From the NCBI GenBank assembly GCA_965198005.1, contig CBDAOI010000004.1:2176001-2240000 (forward strand): a DNA stretch of 64,000 nt, in the 5' to 3' direction. This DNA is from Spirochaetia bacterium (lineage in GTDB: Bacteria > Spirochaetota > Spirochaetia > SZUA-6 > Bin103). The first letter of the stretch is position 1. Every line of letters starts with the position of its first letter. Position numbers and translations under genes: made by a program. Positions 44,124 to 53,147 of this stretch are shown piece after piece. The notes under the pieces were generated by a model that saw only the letters and a list, made by a program, of their open reading frames with translations, searched no databases and was not told the origin of the DNA.

Positions 44124-44453
44124 CTAAGGTCCATCTACGTATTGCGAAAAAATACGAGCTACATTATATAGCTCTGAGTGGCCGCACAATGTACAGGTAA
44201 CTACTACAAATAGTGAGAACCTCGAAGCATCAAACGTCGGCTTGTCTCCTTCTATCCCACTGACGGACGGCATGCATACCAAGTGCGTGTTTGTGGCACT
44301 CGCCGCATTTGCGTGGCCCCATGGACATCTTGATCCATACAAGTTCGCGTAACTCTCAAGCCACAAATCAATATGAGCTCTTGCTTCTTTCGTAAGGCCC
44401 CCAGTATCTTTATCGATTACCCGGACCATGATATTCTCTAAGGTTCCACCCAT
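44124..44453 (-). CDS. Small zinc-ribbon-like hypothetical protein
   Basis: CPWGH ... VVTCTLCGHSELYN; AT-rich island. Confidence 0.6.
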   Translation of the reverse strand: MGGTLENIMVRVIDKDTGGLTKEARAHIDLWLESYANLYGSRCPWGHANAASATNTHLVCMPSVSGIEGDKPTFDASRFSLFVVVTCTLCGHSELYNVARIFSQYVDGP

Positions 44454-44629
44454 GTGTTCTTACCTCTTGGAGACTTTTCCCATGGACGAGATTCTAGCAG
44501 TCCTTCTATTTTGGCCACTTTAACAGCCAAATCCTTGATATCTCGCAATATGCTCTTCATTTCCTTCCATAGAAACAAACTGACAGCTATCACGATTCCT
44601 GGAGTCAGAAATTCTTGAACAATTTCCAT
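44438..44629 (-). CDS. Small TM + coiled-coil protein
   Basis: PGIVIAVSLFLW, then DIKDLAVKVAKIEGLL; same pattern as 28760-29050. Confidence 0.7.
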   Translation of the reverse strand: MEIVQEFLTPGIVIAVSLFLWKEMKSILRDIKDLAVKVAKIEGLLESRPWEKSPRGKNTWVEP

Positions 44630-44630
44630 T

Positions 44631-44645
44631 CCCCCCCCCCCCCCC
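44631..44645 (-). repeat. G15 homopolymer between SD-like GAGGT and ATG
   Basis: Minus strand reads GTGAGGTA-G15-A-ATG. Confidence 0.85.
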
Positions 44646-44661
44646 TACCTCACCGCGCCGC

Positions 44662-44681
44662 ATGAGTGCTAACTCATTATG
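44662..44681 (-). promoter_or_regulatory. -10 box overlapping a palindromic operator
   Basis: ATGAGT-GCTA-ACTCAT palindrome; CATAAT on the minus strand at 44676-44681. Confidence 0.55.
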
Positions 44682-44789
44682 CGTCACTCAGGCCCCCCGA
44701 AAGTTCAGACGGAACTAGAACCACGTGTGGCCGCCAATTGACCGACATCAATGTAGACCCCGCCTGCGGTGGAGGTCAACACGCTGGCC

Positions 44790-45205
44790 GTGCGGGTCGC
44801 CGGACGCAGGTCCTCCCGGTGCATCACCACACCCTTCGCGTCGCTGGTGATCACCAGCAGGCCAGCCGCAGGCTCTGCACCCGTGGCCGCAGGCGGCTCC
44901 GAAGCTGCCTGGGCCGCAGCTGCCTGGTGATGCCGCTGCGCGTAGAAGGCGTCAAAGTCCTGCGCCGCGCGCCCCACCAGTTCTTCCACCTGCCGCTTGC
45001 CGATCTCAGCCCCGGTGTACCGACTCAGCGTCTCCACCGTCAGCGTCGGCTCGACGGCGAACCGCGCCTGCCAATCGGCCGCCAGCCGGCTGGCAAAGTT
45101 CTGCACTCGCACCCACGGCAGCACCGGAACCGACTGTTGTTGACTACCCGTTGCAGATTGCGCTCCCGCGTCGGTTCGTCCCAGCCAATCCAGCGGTCGC
45201 GTTCA
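44790..45205 (-). mobile_element. IS remnant: DUF4338-like fragment fused to ISKra4-like transposase fragment
   Basis: RDRWIGW...RNLQRVVNNSRF..LPWVRVQNFAS..LAADWQARF, then IGKRQVEELVGRAAQDFDAFY...LLVITSDAKGVVM..EDLR. Confidence 0.7.
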
Positions 45206-46957
45206 GGGAGCGACAAGAGCCTCGTGCAGAGCCGCGATTTCTTGCTTGAGCGTAGCGGCGAGCTGCTCCAGCGGCACGATGCGGCGTTCGGGGTCGGTGC
45301 GCCCGCACAGCTCCACACCGCCGGCGGCCAGGGCGCGCTCGCCGACCACCACCCGCAGCGGCAGGCCGCGCAGGTCGGCGTCGGTCAGCTTGACGCCGGC
45401 GCTCAGCTCGCGGCGGTCGTCGTACAGCACCTCGAAGCCGGCGTCGACCAGCTCCGCGAACAGCCGTTCCGCGGTCTGCCAGGTCTCCTCGGCCCGGCCG
45501 AGGCCGACCAGCGCCACCTGGTAGGGCGCCACCGACACCGGCAGGGCGAGGCCGTTGCGGTCGCGGTGCTGTTCGGCCACGCACTCCAGCAGCCGGTCCA
45601 GCCCGATGCCGTACGACCCCATCACCAGCGGGTGAGCCGCGCCCGCCGCGTCGGTGTAGGCGGCACCCAACGCCTCCGCGAAGCGCGTGCCGAGCTGGAA
45701 GATGGTGCCTACCTCGACGCCGCGCGCCAGCTCCAGGCCGCTGCCGCACGCGCCGCACGGCGCGCCGTCGAAGGCGGCGGCCACCGGGCCCACCACGGCC
45801 GGCTGGTAGTCGCGCCCGCAGCACACGTTGCGCAGGTGGTAGTCGGGCCGGTTCGCTCCCATCACCAGGTTGGGGCTGGCCGCCACCCAGCGGTCGACCA
45901 CGAACAGCGCCGCCCGCGGGTCGATGCCCACCGGCGAGGCGAAGCCCGGCACCATGCCGGTGGCGGCGATTTCATCCTCGTGGGCCGGGCGCAACTCCCC
46001 TACCCCGGCCAGGTTCCGCACCTGGACCGGGTTCACCTCCAGGTCGCCGCGCACCACCGCCGCCACCACCGTGGGGCGCTCGCCCGCGGCGTAGAACACC
46101 ATCTTGGCGGTCTGTTGCGGGGCGATGCCCAGGCAGCCCGCCAGCACGTCGATGGTGACCGCGCCCGGCGTGCGCACCGGCTCCACCGCCGCCGGCTCCC
46201 CGACCGCGGGCTCCAGGCGGAAGTCCGCCACCTCGCAGTTGGCCGCGTAGCCGCACGCCGGGCACAGCGCGAGGCGGTCCTCGCCGCCCGCGGTCAGGTA
46301 GATGAACCCGTGCGCCTCGGTGCCGCCCATCATGCCGGTATCGCTGCGCGCGGCGGTCAGCGGCAGCCCGATGCGGCGTCCGATCCGCAGGTAGGCATCG
46401 TGGTGAGCGCGGTACTGGCGTTCGAGCCCGGCATGATCGCGGTCCAGCGACCAGGAGTCCTGCCGGCGGAACTCGCGCAGCCGGATCAGCCCGCCGCGCG
46501 CCCGCGGCTCGTCCCGAAACCTGGTCTGCACCTGATACACCAGCGCCGGGAGTTGGCGGTAGGAGTTGATCTCGGCGGCGGCGTGGAAGGCGACCGCCTC
46601 CTCGCAGGCCATGGCCAGCACCAGACCGCGCTCGCGCCGGTCGCGCAACCGCACCAGCGTCGCGTCGAGCTCCTGCCAGCGTCCGCTGGCCTGCCACAGC
46701 TCGGCCGGCTGGACCAGCGGCAGCGACAGCTCCTGCCCGCCGATCCGCTCCATCTCCTCGCGCAGAATGCGCTCGAGCTTGCGCAGCGCGCGCCAGCCGA
46801 GCGGCAGCAGCGAGTAGATTCCCGCCGCCACCTGCCGCACGTACCCGGCGCGCAGCAGCAACGCGTGCGACTCCAACTCCGCTTCCGCGGGCGCGTGGCG
46901 CAGCGTGTTGCCGAACAGGTTCGAGACCCGCTGGCCGGCGCGTTCGGAGCTCTTCAC
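45203..46957 (-). CDS. proS: Proline--tRNA ligase paralogue (bacterial type with INS editing domain), divergent active site
   Basis: SHALLLRAGY, FRDEPRARGGLIRLREF, EVGTIFQLG, MGSYGIG, DDR...GVKL.DADL.G; INS domain GFASP. Confidence 0.85.
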   Translation of the reverse strand: MKSSERAGQRVSNLFGNTLRHAPAEAELESHALLLRAGYVRQVAAGIYSLLPLGWRALRKLERILREEMERIGGQELSLPLVQPAELWQASGRWQELDATLVRLRDRRERGLVLAMACEEAVAFHAAAEINSYRQLPALVYQVQTRFRDEPRARGGLIRLREFRRQDSWSLDRDHAGLERQYRAHHDAYLRIGRRIGLPLTAARSDTGMMGGTEAHGFIYLTAGGEDRLALCPACGYAANCEVADFRLEPAVGEPAAVEPVRTPGAVTIDVLAGCLGIAPQQTAKMVFYAAGERPTVVAAVVRGDLEVNPVQVRNLAGVGELRPAHEDEIAATGMVPGFASPVGIDPRAALFVVDRWVAASPNLVMGANRPDYHLRNVCCGRDYQPAVVGPVAAAFDGAPCGACGSGLELARGVEVGTIFQLGTRFAEALGAAYTDAAGAAHPLVMGSYGIGLDRLLECVAEQHRDRNGLALPVSVAPYQVALVGLGRAEETWQTAERLFAELVDAGFEVLYDDRRELSAGVKLTDADLRGLPLRVVVGERALAAGGVELCGRTDPERRIVPLEQLAATLKQEIAALHEALVAP

Positions 46958-46996
46958 CGGTGTGGTTCTCCGCCCCGCGGGGCAGAGGCTACCCCG

Positions 46997-48196
46997 CTAC
47001 TCCAACCCGTACAGCCGGGCCGCGTTGGCGAAGCGGATCTTGTGCTTGAGCCCCTCGGGCAGGACGTGCGGCAGCGTCACGGCGGGGTCGTCGGCGTCCC
47101 AGTGCGGATAGTCGCTGGACAGCATGAGGTTGTTGGTCATCGGCCCGAACTGCTCCATCAGCGCGATATAGTCGCTCATGCGCGGCGGCTCCTCGACCGG
47201 CTGGGTGGCCACGTACACGTGGCCGGCGATCACCTCGGACGGCGGCCGCTTGAGGTGCGGGACCTCGCTGCCGAGCAGCTTCCAGGCGGCGTCCAGCCGC
47301 CACGTCAGCGACGGCACCCATCCGAACGCGTTCTCGACCGACACGAACTTGATGCCGAACCGATCGAACACGCCCTCCAGCACCAGGCTGGTGATGTTCG
47401 CCTGCACCGCCTGCGACGGGCTGGTGTGGTCTTCGATGTAGTAGGAGGCATGCCCGGCGCCCGTTATCGGCCACCCGTAGTGGTTGAACGCGTGCGACGC
47501 GACGTGGATGCCATGCTCGGCGCAGGCCTCGTAGATCGGCCAGTACCTGCGGCGCCCCATCGGCTCCTGGCCGCGCCCCTTGAACAGCACCTGCACGAAC
47601 CGCTTGTCGGCGGCGCGGCGGCGGATCTCCGCGGCCGCCCCGACCGGATCCTCCGCCGCAACCGTGATCGAAGCCCGCAGCCGCGGCTCCGGATCGAGCC
47701 ACTCGGCCACCTGCCAGTCGTTGGTCGCCGTGGCCAGCGCGGCGCCCAGCTCGTGATTGAGCTGCGACGCCGCCGGCCCCAGCAGATTGAGGATGCCGTA
47801 GGCGACGTTGTACGGATCGAGGAAGTCGGTGCGCATGAACTCCAGCTCCGACCCGGCGATGCGGCCGGACGGCGGCCGGCTCTCCTCCCGATGGTCGAGA
47901 AACCGGGGATACCAGCCGGCGTTGGGACCCGACTCGCCGTAGGTGTCGAGGTGGTCGCGCCAGCGCTTGGACAGATAGGGATAGAGGTCCCTGGTCGAGT
48001 CCAGCTCATTGTGCAGATCGCAGTCGATGAACGCCGGCGGCCTGGACGGCGCCGGTTGCCGCTCCTGCTCCTGCTGCCGCTCCCGTTGCCGCTCCCGCAA
48101 CTCCAGTTCATGCTCGGTGCCGGTGATGGTGGCCAGCGCCCTGGTTACACTGGGCGGCAGCCCCAGCTCCGGGTCAGCGGTCAACGTGTCAGCCAT
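46997..48196 (-). CDS. Amidohydrolase_2-fold protein
   Basis: IDCDLHN, NDWQVAEWL, GHASYYIEDH, TQPVEEP, SSDYPHWD. Confidence 0.88.
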   Translation of the reverse strand: MADTLTADPELGLPPSVTRALATITGTEHELELRERQRERQQEQERQPAPSRPPAFIDCDLHNELDSTRDLYPYLSKRWRDHLDTYGESGPNAGWYPRFLDHREESRPPSGRIAGSELEFMRTDFLDPYNVAYGILNLLGPAASQLNHELGAALATATNDWQVAEWLDPEPRLRASITVAAEDPVGAAAEIRRRAADKRFVQVLFKGRGQEPMGRRRYWPIYEACAEHGIHVASHAFNHYGWPITGAGHASYYIEDHTSPSQAVQANITSLVLEGVFDRFGIKFVSVENAFGWVPSLTWRLDAAWKLLGSEVPHLKRPPSEVIAGHVYVATQPVEEPPRMSDYIALMEQFGPMTNNLMLSSDYPHWDADDPAVTLPHVLPEGLKHKIRFANAARLYGLE

Positions 48197-49322
48197 TTCC
48201 TTGCGCTCCTGTGCCGGGCGAACCGTCCAAACCATAGAGACGGCGGGCGGTCTCGCTTCTGATCTTATTCTGCATGGACTGCGGCACAAGGTCGAGCAGT
48301 TTTTCGCCGGCGTCGAACAGGTGCCGGTGCGGAAAGTCGCTGGTGTACATCAGCAGGTCGTCCGAGCCGAGCTGGTCGACTATCTGCAGCATCTGGGCCG
48401 CGGTGGGCGGCGCGTCGAGCGGCTGAATCCCGATCCGGAGGTGCTCGCGCACGTAGTCGGACGGCGGCCGCCGCACCCACGGCACTAGCCGGCGGAGGTT
48501 CTTCCACTCCTTGTCCATGCGCCACATGTGCGCCGGCAGCCAGGTGAAGCCGGACTCCAGAAACGCGACGCGCACACCGGGGTAGGCGTCGAACACCCCT
48601 TCGACGATGATGCTGACGAGCTGCGTGGCGAACACCTGCGCCATTGCGGCGTAGGTCTCGATGTAGTACGAAGGCCAGCCGGTCGGAGTCGGCGGCGTGT
48701 TGGGCTGGCCGCCGAAGTGGACCGCCGCCACCAGACCGTGGCGTTCGATCGCCTCCCACACCGGGTGGTAGAGGCGGTTCCCAAGTGGGCGCTCGGTTCG
48801 TACCGGCAGCAGCACCTGCACGAAGCCGGGGTGGCCGGCGACCCGCTCGATCTCCGCTACCGCGAGCGCGGGGAGCTGGATCGGAACCACGATGGTGCCG
48901 AGCAGGCGCGGTTCCCGCTCCAGCCAGTGCTCGATCTGCCAGTCATTGACCGCCTTTGCCAGGGCGACGGCGACGTCGGGGTTGCCGAGGCGATCGACCG
49001 GGTAGAGACAGCTCGTCACGGCCGCTTCCACGCCGTCCGCGGCGAGCACCTCCCGCCGCAACCGCTCCAGGCCGCCGCCGCCGTTGACCGCACCGGCGGC
49101 ACGGTTGGCGACCGGCGACTTCGGCGGGTAGTACTGAGGCGCGTGCCAAGTCTTGCGCGTCAGCTTGCGCGCGCCGGGCGCCGGCGGTGTGGGCGGGCTC
49201 GCGCCCCGATCGAGAGACTGCGTGAAGTGCTCGATCCAGTGGTCGGACAGATACGGAAAGAGCGCCTCGAGATACGGGACGTCGACGTGCACGTCCGCGT
49301 CGATGATGGCCGGACCGTTCAT
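48189..49322 (-). CDS. Amidohydrolase_2-fold protein
   Basis: IDADVH, NDWQIEHWL, GWPSYYIE, TSDFPH. Confidence 0.88.
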   Translation of the reverse strand: MNGPAIIDADVHVDVPYLEALFPYLSDHWIEHFTQSLDRGASPPTPPAPGARKLTRKTWHAPQYYPPKSPVANRAAGAVNGGGGLERLRREVLAADGVEAAVTSCLYPVDRLGNPDVAVALAKAVNDWQIEHWLEREPRLLGTIVVPIQLPALAVAEIERVAGHPGFVQVLLPVRTERPLGNRLYHPVWEAIERHGLVAAVHFGGQPNTPPTPTGWPSYYIETYAAMAQVFATQLVSIIVEGVFDAYPGVRVAFLESGFTWLPAHMWRMDKEWKNLRRLVPWVRRPPSDYVREHLRIGIQPLDAPPTAAQMLQIVDQLGSDDLLMYTSDFPHRHLFDAGEKLLDLVPQSMQNKIRSETARRLYGLDGSPGTGAQGNG

Positions 49323-49344
49323 TCCGGGAGTACCCCTCCGCCCT

Positions 49345-50048
49345 CTAATCTCGACGTTTCAGCCGGCGCAATCAAGCAGCGCGTCGGCGTGTCGGCAGAG
49401 TTCCGCTGCTGGCGCGGATCCGACGGCAGATCGTACAGCTCGGAGGTCCAGGACCGTAGGCGCCAAGTCGATCGCGGAGGTCATGCCGCCATAGGTGCCC
49501 GGGGGGCAATGTTCGGCACCGAGACCAGCAGCGGCGCGGCGGTCACTTCCTCGTACAGCGGCGACGATCCCCAGGAGGTGTTGCGCTCCACGCCGTCGAC
49601 CATCGAGAACAGCAGCGTCAGCTTGCCGAACAGGCCGCCGTGCTCCCCTCGCCGCAGTAGTTGGCGTGCGCCTTCCGCACCTTCTCGGCGGTCAGTCCCG
49701 CCTTCTTCTGCCAGTAGAACTGTCCGGTTATCTCGAGGAACGACGAGAACCCGCGGTCGTAGTTCATGCCGTTGCGCACGTAGAACGGAGTATCCACCAC
49801 CGCCGCGGTGCTGAATCCCGCCTGCTGCAGAACCTGCGCCACGGTCACCTGGTCCGCCGGCAGCGGCCCCCAGTTCATGAAGCTGCCGGCCCACCGTCCG
49901 GTAAAGTAGTCGGCGCGCGCCGGGACCGTGGGGAAGCTGCCGATGTAGTGGCGGTCGAAGCGGACCGACTTGCGGGCCAGCGCATCCAGCGTGGGCGTAC
50001 GGATCGTGCGGTTGCCGTAGCACCCGAGATGATCCGGATGACGTTCAT
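49345..50048 (-). pseudogene. Sulfatase-family gene collapsed by multiple deletions
   Basis: Ordered remnants MNVI / PDHLGCYGN..RTPTLD..FPTVPARADYFTG / GEHG / LYEEV...PL / DLAPTVLDL / ELYDL.SDP. Confidence 0.75.
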
Positions 50049-50055
50049 GACTGGG

Positions 50056-50457
50056 TTACTCCTCGGCGTATTGCACGACCACCTCGTCTCCGTCCACGGT
50101 TACGGGGTAGGTCTTGACCCGTAGCCGGGCGTCGCCCAGGCAGCTTCCGTCGGTGATGTCGAACGCCCAGTTGTGCCACGGGCAGCGCAGGATCTCGCCG
50201 TCGCGGTCCATGGTCGGGGGGGCGCCGGCGCCGGACGGCGGTCCGTTGGCCACGAACCGGCCGCTCACGTGGCCGGCGCACAGCGGGCCGAGGTTGTGCG
50301 GGCAGATGTTGCGCAGCGCGTAGTACCTGCCCTTGACGTTGAACACGCCGATCCCGGCGCGGCCGCGGAACGGCACCACCAGCTTGCGCGCGCCCTCCGG
50401 GAGCTCCTCCACCGTGCCCACGACCACCCGCCGTGCGGCGGCATTGGCGGCGGCCAC
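50056..50457 (-). CDS. Rieske [2Fe-2S] ferredoxin
   Basis: CPH...CPWH. Confidence 0.92.
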   Translation of the reverse strand: MAAANAAARRVVVGTVEELPEGARKLVVPFRGRAGIGVFNVKGRYYALRNICPHNLGPLCAGHVSGRFVANGPPSGAGAPPTMDRDGEILRCPWHNWAFDITDGSCLGDARLRVKTYPVTVDGDEVVVQYAEE

Positions 50458-50459
50458 CC

Positions 50460-51593
50460 CTACCCCTGCGGCAGGCGCAGCATCTCCAGCGCGTTGTCGC
50501 CGAAGATGCGCCGGCGCAGGCGGTCGGAAATGCCCGGCAGCGCGGTCACCGGATCGTTCTGGTCGAAGTGCGGGAAGTCGCTGCAGAAGATCAGCGTCTC
50601 GTCGGCGTGCAGCATCTCCAGCATCTGCTGCAACTGCTCGGGACGCTCCGGCTCGTGCATCGGCTGGGTGCCGACCCGGATGTGCTCGCGGAAGTACTCA
50701 CTCGGCAGCCGCTTGAGCCACGGCGTCTGGTCGCGGATCGCCTTCCAGTCGAAGTCCATGTGCCACATCACCGACACCGCCCAGAGCTGCTGCACCTCGA
50801 TGAACGCGAACTTGAGCGTCGGGAACTTCTCGAACACCCCTTCGCAGATCAGCGACGCCGCCTGCGCGCTGGCCGCCGCCGGGCGCGCCATGCGCGTCTC
50901 CATGTAGTAGGTGGGATAGCCGACCGGGGTCATGGTGTTGCCGCTCGCGCCGCCGCCGCCGATGTGCGACACCACCGGCAGGCCGTGCTCGGCGCACGCC
51001 TCCCAGATGGGATGATAGAACCGGTTGCCCAACGGCCGCTCGGTGCTCATCGGGACGTGCACCGCGACCGTGTCCTTGCGCCCGGCGAGGCGGTTGATCT
51101 CGGCCACCGCCTGGACGGGATCGGTGGGCGCCACCAGGATGGCGTGCACCACCCGCTCGTCGCGCTCCAGCCAGTGCTCGATCGTGTAGTCGTTGAACGC
51201 CCGGCACAGCGCGGCGCCCCAGTCCGGGTCGGGCACGCCGGTGGCGCCGTAGATGTCGGACGGCGACCCGGTCAACAGCGCGAGGTCGATGTTCCAGGGA
51301 TCGAGCAGCTCCTGCTGCATGAACTCCAGCGTGAAGTTGAAGTCGCGCCGCTTGAGGTCCGGATCCTTGATGTCGTTGCGCGTCTTGCGGTACGGCGTGT
51401 TGGGGTAGCCGCCACCGCCGAAGGTCAGGCCCTGGTCGTACAGGTGCTCCTGGTAGAACTTCGACAGGTACGGCAGCAGTTGCTCGGCTCGTTCGAAGCT
51501 GTGGTGGACGTCGCAGTCCACGATCCGGACGCCGGTGTCCTTCTGTGCCGTCCAGCCGGGAGCCGCTATCGGAGCGGCGCCTATCATCGGCAT
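50460..51593 (-). CDS. Amidohydrolase_2-fold protein
   Basis: GGAGG RBS; VDCDVHH, GYPTYYME, TQPMHEP, CSDFPHFD. Confidence 0.88.
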   Translation of the reverse strand: MPMIGAAPIAAPGWTAQKDTGVRIVDCDVHHSFERAEQLLPYLSKFYQEHLYDQGLTFGGGGYPNTPYRKTRNDIKDPDLKRRDFNFTLEFMQQELLDPWNIDLALLTGSPSDIYGATGVPDPDWGAALCRAFNDYTIEHWLERDERVVHAILVAPTDPVQAVAEINRLAGRKDTVAVHVPMSTERPLGNRFYHPIWEACAEHGLPVVSHIGGGGASGNTMTPVGYPTYYMETRMARPAAASAQAASLICEGVFEKFPTLKFAFIEVQQLWAVSVMWHMDFDWKAIRDQTPWLKRLPSEYFREHIRVGTQPMHEPERPEQLQQMLEMLHADETLIFCSDFPHFDQNDPVTALPGISDRLRRRIFGDNALEMLRLPQG

Positions 51594-51752
51594 GCAGTTG
51601 CCTCCATGGGTGGTTGGATGGACCCAGAATAACCAATCTGGAGGCGCTTGACCATGACTACTCGTTGGCCGCCGGTGTAGGCAGGACCTGTTATGTGGTG
51701 CTATTGTCGGACCATCTTGATAGTGAACCACAAGGAGTGACGGTCATGGGCA

Positions 51753-51910
51753 TTAGGTTCTCGGGTAGCCGCTGGGGCCGCCGGCCCAGTTCAGGCGCCC
51801 GTGGCGCTCGGGCTGGAACTTCTCCCCCGCGTAGCGGCCGACGTAGTACTGCGTGCCGCGTGTGTGGCTGATGAACATCAGCACGTGGCGGTCTCCCAGC
51901 GGGCTATATT
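51753..51910 (-). pseudogene. Glycoside hydrolase family 32-like fragment
   Basis: PLGDRHVLMFISHTRGTQYYVGRY...FQPERHGRLNW.GG. Confidence 0.45.
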
Positions 51911-52164
51911 GGTAGCTGCTGTATAGCAAGCCGCCCCTGCGCGAACCCGGACCGGATCCCACCACGGGCGCCGGCACGGTCGACGTAGAGCCCGAATGCG
52001 TGCACGTTGATCCGTAGCAGGATCAGGACGAACTGCCGGATGCCGGTGCCGGCGATCTGCTGCCGTGCGCTACCGCTTGGCGGCGTCAGCGAGGCGGGGA
52101 ACGCGCTACCGGTGTGCGGCTCAAGGTGCTGCAAGCCTACCTGCCGCAGGCGGTCAGCCGCGAA

Positions 52165-53120
52165 TATCCAAGCCCCACGATCACCTGTTCCGTTCCGTGT
52201 TCGGACAGGAACAGGAAACCGAGGCCGCCAGCCTGCTGTGGTCGAGCCTCAAGTGGCAGTCGGTGAGCTTCATCGACGACCGCCTGCGCGACAGCGAATC
52301 GGACCTGCTGTACGCGATCCGGCGCACGGCCGACGGCGCCGCGGCCTGGCTGTACGTGCTGCTGGAGCACCAGTCGACCCCGGACCCGTGGTTGCGGCTG
52401 CGGCTGCTGAAGTACAGCATCCGGATCTGGGAACGCGATCGGCGGCGGCATCCGCAGGAGCAACAGTTGCGCCCGATCGTGCCGCTGGTTCTGTATCAGG
52501 GCGGGCGCGTCTGGCGCGTAGCGCGCGAGTTTGCGGAGCTGTTCTCCGAGGCGGTGCGGGGTTGGCCGGGAGTGCCGCGCTACGCGCACCTGTTGATCGA
52601 CCAGACGCAGGTGCGACCGGAGGAGCTGCGCGGGGAGTTGCTCGGTCGCATCACGCAACTGGCGCTGATGGCGGCGCACCGGGCGAGTTGGCCGGTGTTG
52701 CAGCGGCTGGTGCCGCTGCTGGCGGAGTTGGCGGAGGTGGGCGGCAGCGAAGACCTGCGGCGGATCGTGGTGTACATTGCGACCACGACGCGGGAACCGG
52801 AGCGCTGGCACAGATTCGCGGAGGCAGTACGGCGACAGGTGCCGGGAGGTGGAGAACTGGTGAACAAGACCGAAGAGATGATCGAGATCTACGGCGATAT
52901 GAGGGAGCGTGAAGGACGACAGGAAGGACAACAGAAAGGCCGTCAGGAAGGACGTCAGGAAGGTGAGTTGCGCGGCAAGGTGCAAACCATCGAGGGATTC
53001 GTGAGACGAGATGTTCCTTGGTCCATCATCGAAGCGGCCACCGGGATCGACGAGGCCACCTTCGACGGGCTCAAGCACCAACTCGACGCCGCTAACGGCG
53101 ACGCCACCCAATCCAACTGA
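52165..53120 (+). pseudogene. Rpn/YhgA-like PD-(D/E)xK nuclease, 5' end damaged
   Basis: PHDHLFRSVF, SFID..LRDSESDLLY, LLEHQS, PLVLYQG, (EGRQ)n tail; no clear start and a short N-terminal segment. Confidence 0.8.
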
Positions 53121-53147
53121 ACCACGCCGAGGCCCGGCAGGTTGAAG

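Noticed and set aside
45040-45205. Druantia (DruA/DUF4338) defence system
   Set aside because: Only a short fragment fused to transposase sequence; no other Druantia genes.
44666-48262. 1198-aa + strand ORF and other long antisense ORFs (e.g. 946-2289, 14293-16347, 52137-54434)
   Set aside because: Shadow ORFs of high-GC genes on the opposite strand; no recognisable motifs.
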